Source of the DNA: a virus
Taxonomy: Duplodnaviria; Caudoviricetes
Direction: 5' to 3' (one strand)
Length of the DNA stretch: 64,000 nt
Virus record (IMG/VR): IMGVR_UViG_3300027759_000043
Part shown: positions 63,080-64,000 of the stretch, piece by piece
Layout: each line of letters begins with the position of its first letter
Position numbering within the stretch: position 1 is the stretch's first letter
Made by a program: the position numbers and the translations under genes
Notes under the pieces: model-generated
Told to the model about the DNA's origin: nothing
Seen by the model: the letters and a program-made list of their open reading frames with translations, nothing else
Databases searched by the model: none

Positions 63080-63781
63080 CTATTTCACAGTGGCCAACCG
63101 CAAGGCCCTGAGGATGCAGATGTACATCCAACCTACATCAAACTCCCACCAGTTTCGACTGAGTCGGGCACTGGCCGGGTCCAGGTGATGATTGTTGTGC
63201 AATTCTTCACCGCCAACCACAATGCCCCAAGGCACAAGATTACGACTGAGATCTCGAGTTTCTCCGTTCCTGTATCCTGCCCAATGACCTAGACCATTGA
63301 TGACTCCGGCGGCCCAGAGTGGTATCCATATCATTTGAATGCCCCAGATCACAGGTCCCCACCAACCAAACATTACTGTATTGAACACAAGGACCAGGCC
63401 AATGCCAAGTCTACTGTGAGGAGTGTATATGTTGCGCTCCACCCAATCAGCAGGAGTGCCACGACCATATGTACTAACCATATCTTTATCTTTTGATGCC
63501 TCATGATATAATACTGCTCCTCGAAAAAATACTTGCACAATTCCATACACATGTGGTGAGTGTGGGTCGCCTGCTCGATCACTGTATCTGTGATGCTTGC
63601 GGTGTATGGCCACCCATTGTTTGGTGACCATGCCTGTTGTGAGCCACAGCCATGCTCGCATGAAATGTTCAATCATGGGATGAAACTCTACTGATTTGTG
63701 TGCTTGGCCACGATGTAGGTACAATGTCACACATGCTATAGTGATGTGTGTTACGATTAGGGTGTATAATAATTCAGTCAT
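63080..63781 (-). CDS. Membrane fatty acid desaturase (delta-9 type)
   Basis: His boxes LHRGQAH, HRKHH, HNNHH; WEFDVGW. Confidence 0.92.
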   Translation of the reverse strand: MTELLYTLIVTHITIACVTLYLHRGQAHKSVEFHPMIEHFMRAWLWLTTGMVTKQWVAIHRKHHRYSDRAGDPHSPHVYGIVQVFFRGAVLYHEASKDKDMVSTYGRGTPADWVERNIYTPHSRLGIGLVLVFNTVMFGWWGPVIWGIQMIWIPLWAAGVINGLGHWAGYRNGETRDLSRNLVPWGIVVGGEELHNNHHLDPASARLSRNWWEFDVGWMYICILRALRLATVK

Positions 63782-63843
63782 GTATTACTTAGCGGTTTTA
63801 CAACGCAGGTTCGGCTATAAGTACAATAGTTAGGGAATTTACC

Positions 63844-64000
63844 ATGAGCCGGACATTGATCTGGGTTTTATCGTTTAGTGTGCTAGGGCCAGTGCCTGAA
63901 CACGGCGAACAAGCCAAGTTCAAAACTCAAGCCGAATGCGAGCAGGCCCGGGATCAAAAACGCGAAGAATTCCGATCCCAAAACAAACGGATCGTGGCGT
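63844..64000 (+). CDS. Small hypothetical protein (partial)
   Basis: MSRTLIWVLSFSVLG...FKTQAECEQAR; runs off window. Confidence 0.55.
   Translation, partial: MSRTLIWVLSFSVLGPVPEHGEQAKFKTQAECEQARDQKREEFRSQNKRIVA

Noticed and set aside
155-63672. Many short alternative-frame or antisense ORFs in the track (e.g. 155-391, 6212-6547, 15828-16310, 20934-21383, 34105-34497, 63373-63672)
   Set aside because: They are shadows of well-supported genes on another frame or strand.
1-64000. CRISPR array
   Set aside because: No repeat-spacer series of 23-50-bp repeats was seen. The TGGCGGAAGG repeat is 10 bp, in frame and irregularly spaced.
1-64000. Alternative genetic code or stop-codon reassignment
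   Set aside because: Core genes translate full length in code 11, and no suppressor-anticodon tRNA (CUA, UUA, UCA) was found.

Overview
This is a 64-kb segment of a large T4-like (Tevenvirinae-style) dsDNA phage. Evidence: family B polymerase, putative sliding clamp, DsbA-like protein, RNase H/5'-3' exonuclease, ATP-dependent ligase, sigma70-type early promoters, TAAATA late promoters and a tRNA cluster. Layout: (1) 1-14.8 kb, mostly minus strand: ligase, a DfrB-like SH3 protein, many small hypotheticals, rnh, apt, uvsE. (2) 14.8-17 kb: two modular proteins punctuated by hydrophobic-X-E motifs, with a 10-bp DNA repeat at the module joints. (3) 17.8-44.6 kb: replication genes and a 7-deazaguanine cluster (DpdA-like, DpdL-like, folE, queD, queE; no QueC seen), interleaved with glycosyltransferases, GalE, DegT, methyltransferases, a B12 radical SAM enzyme and SGNH hydrolases. 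A preQ1-I-like pseudoknot lies upstream of queD. (4) 44.6-55 kb: a second, inverted and diverged copy of the rnh block, early-gene cassettes, an amidinotransferase and ahpC/ahpD. (5) 55-64 kb: a leader-peptide attenuator, 11 tRNAs plus a pseudo-tRNA (one is a Ser tRNA with an unusual ACU anticodon), several unexplained structured RNAs, feoA, a Bug-family binding protein, a 2OG-Fe oxygenase and a desaturase. The two inverted orthologous core blocks mean the window may be a chimera of two related phages. All calls come from reading motifs and base pairs by eye; no searches were run.
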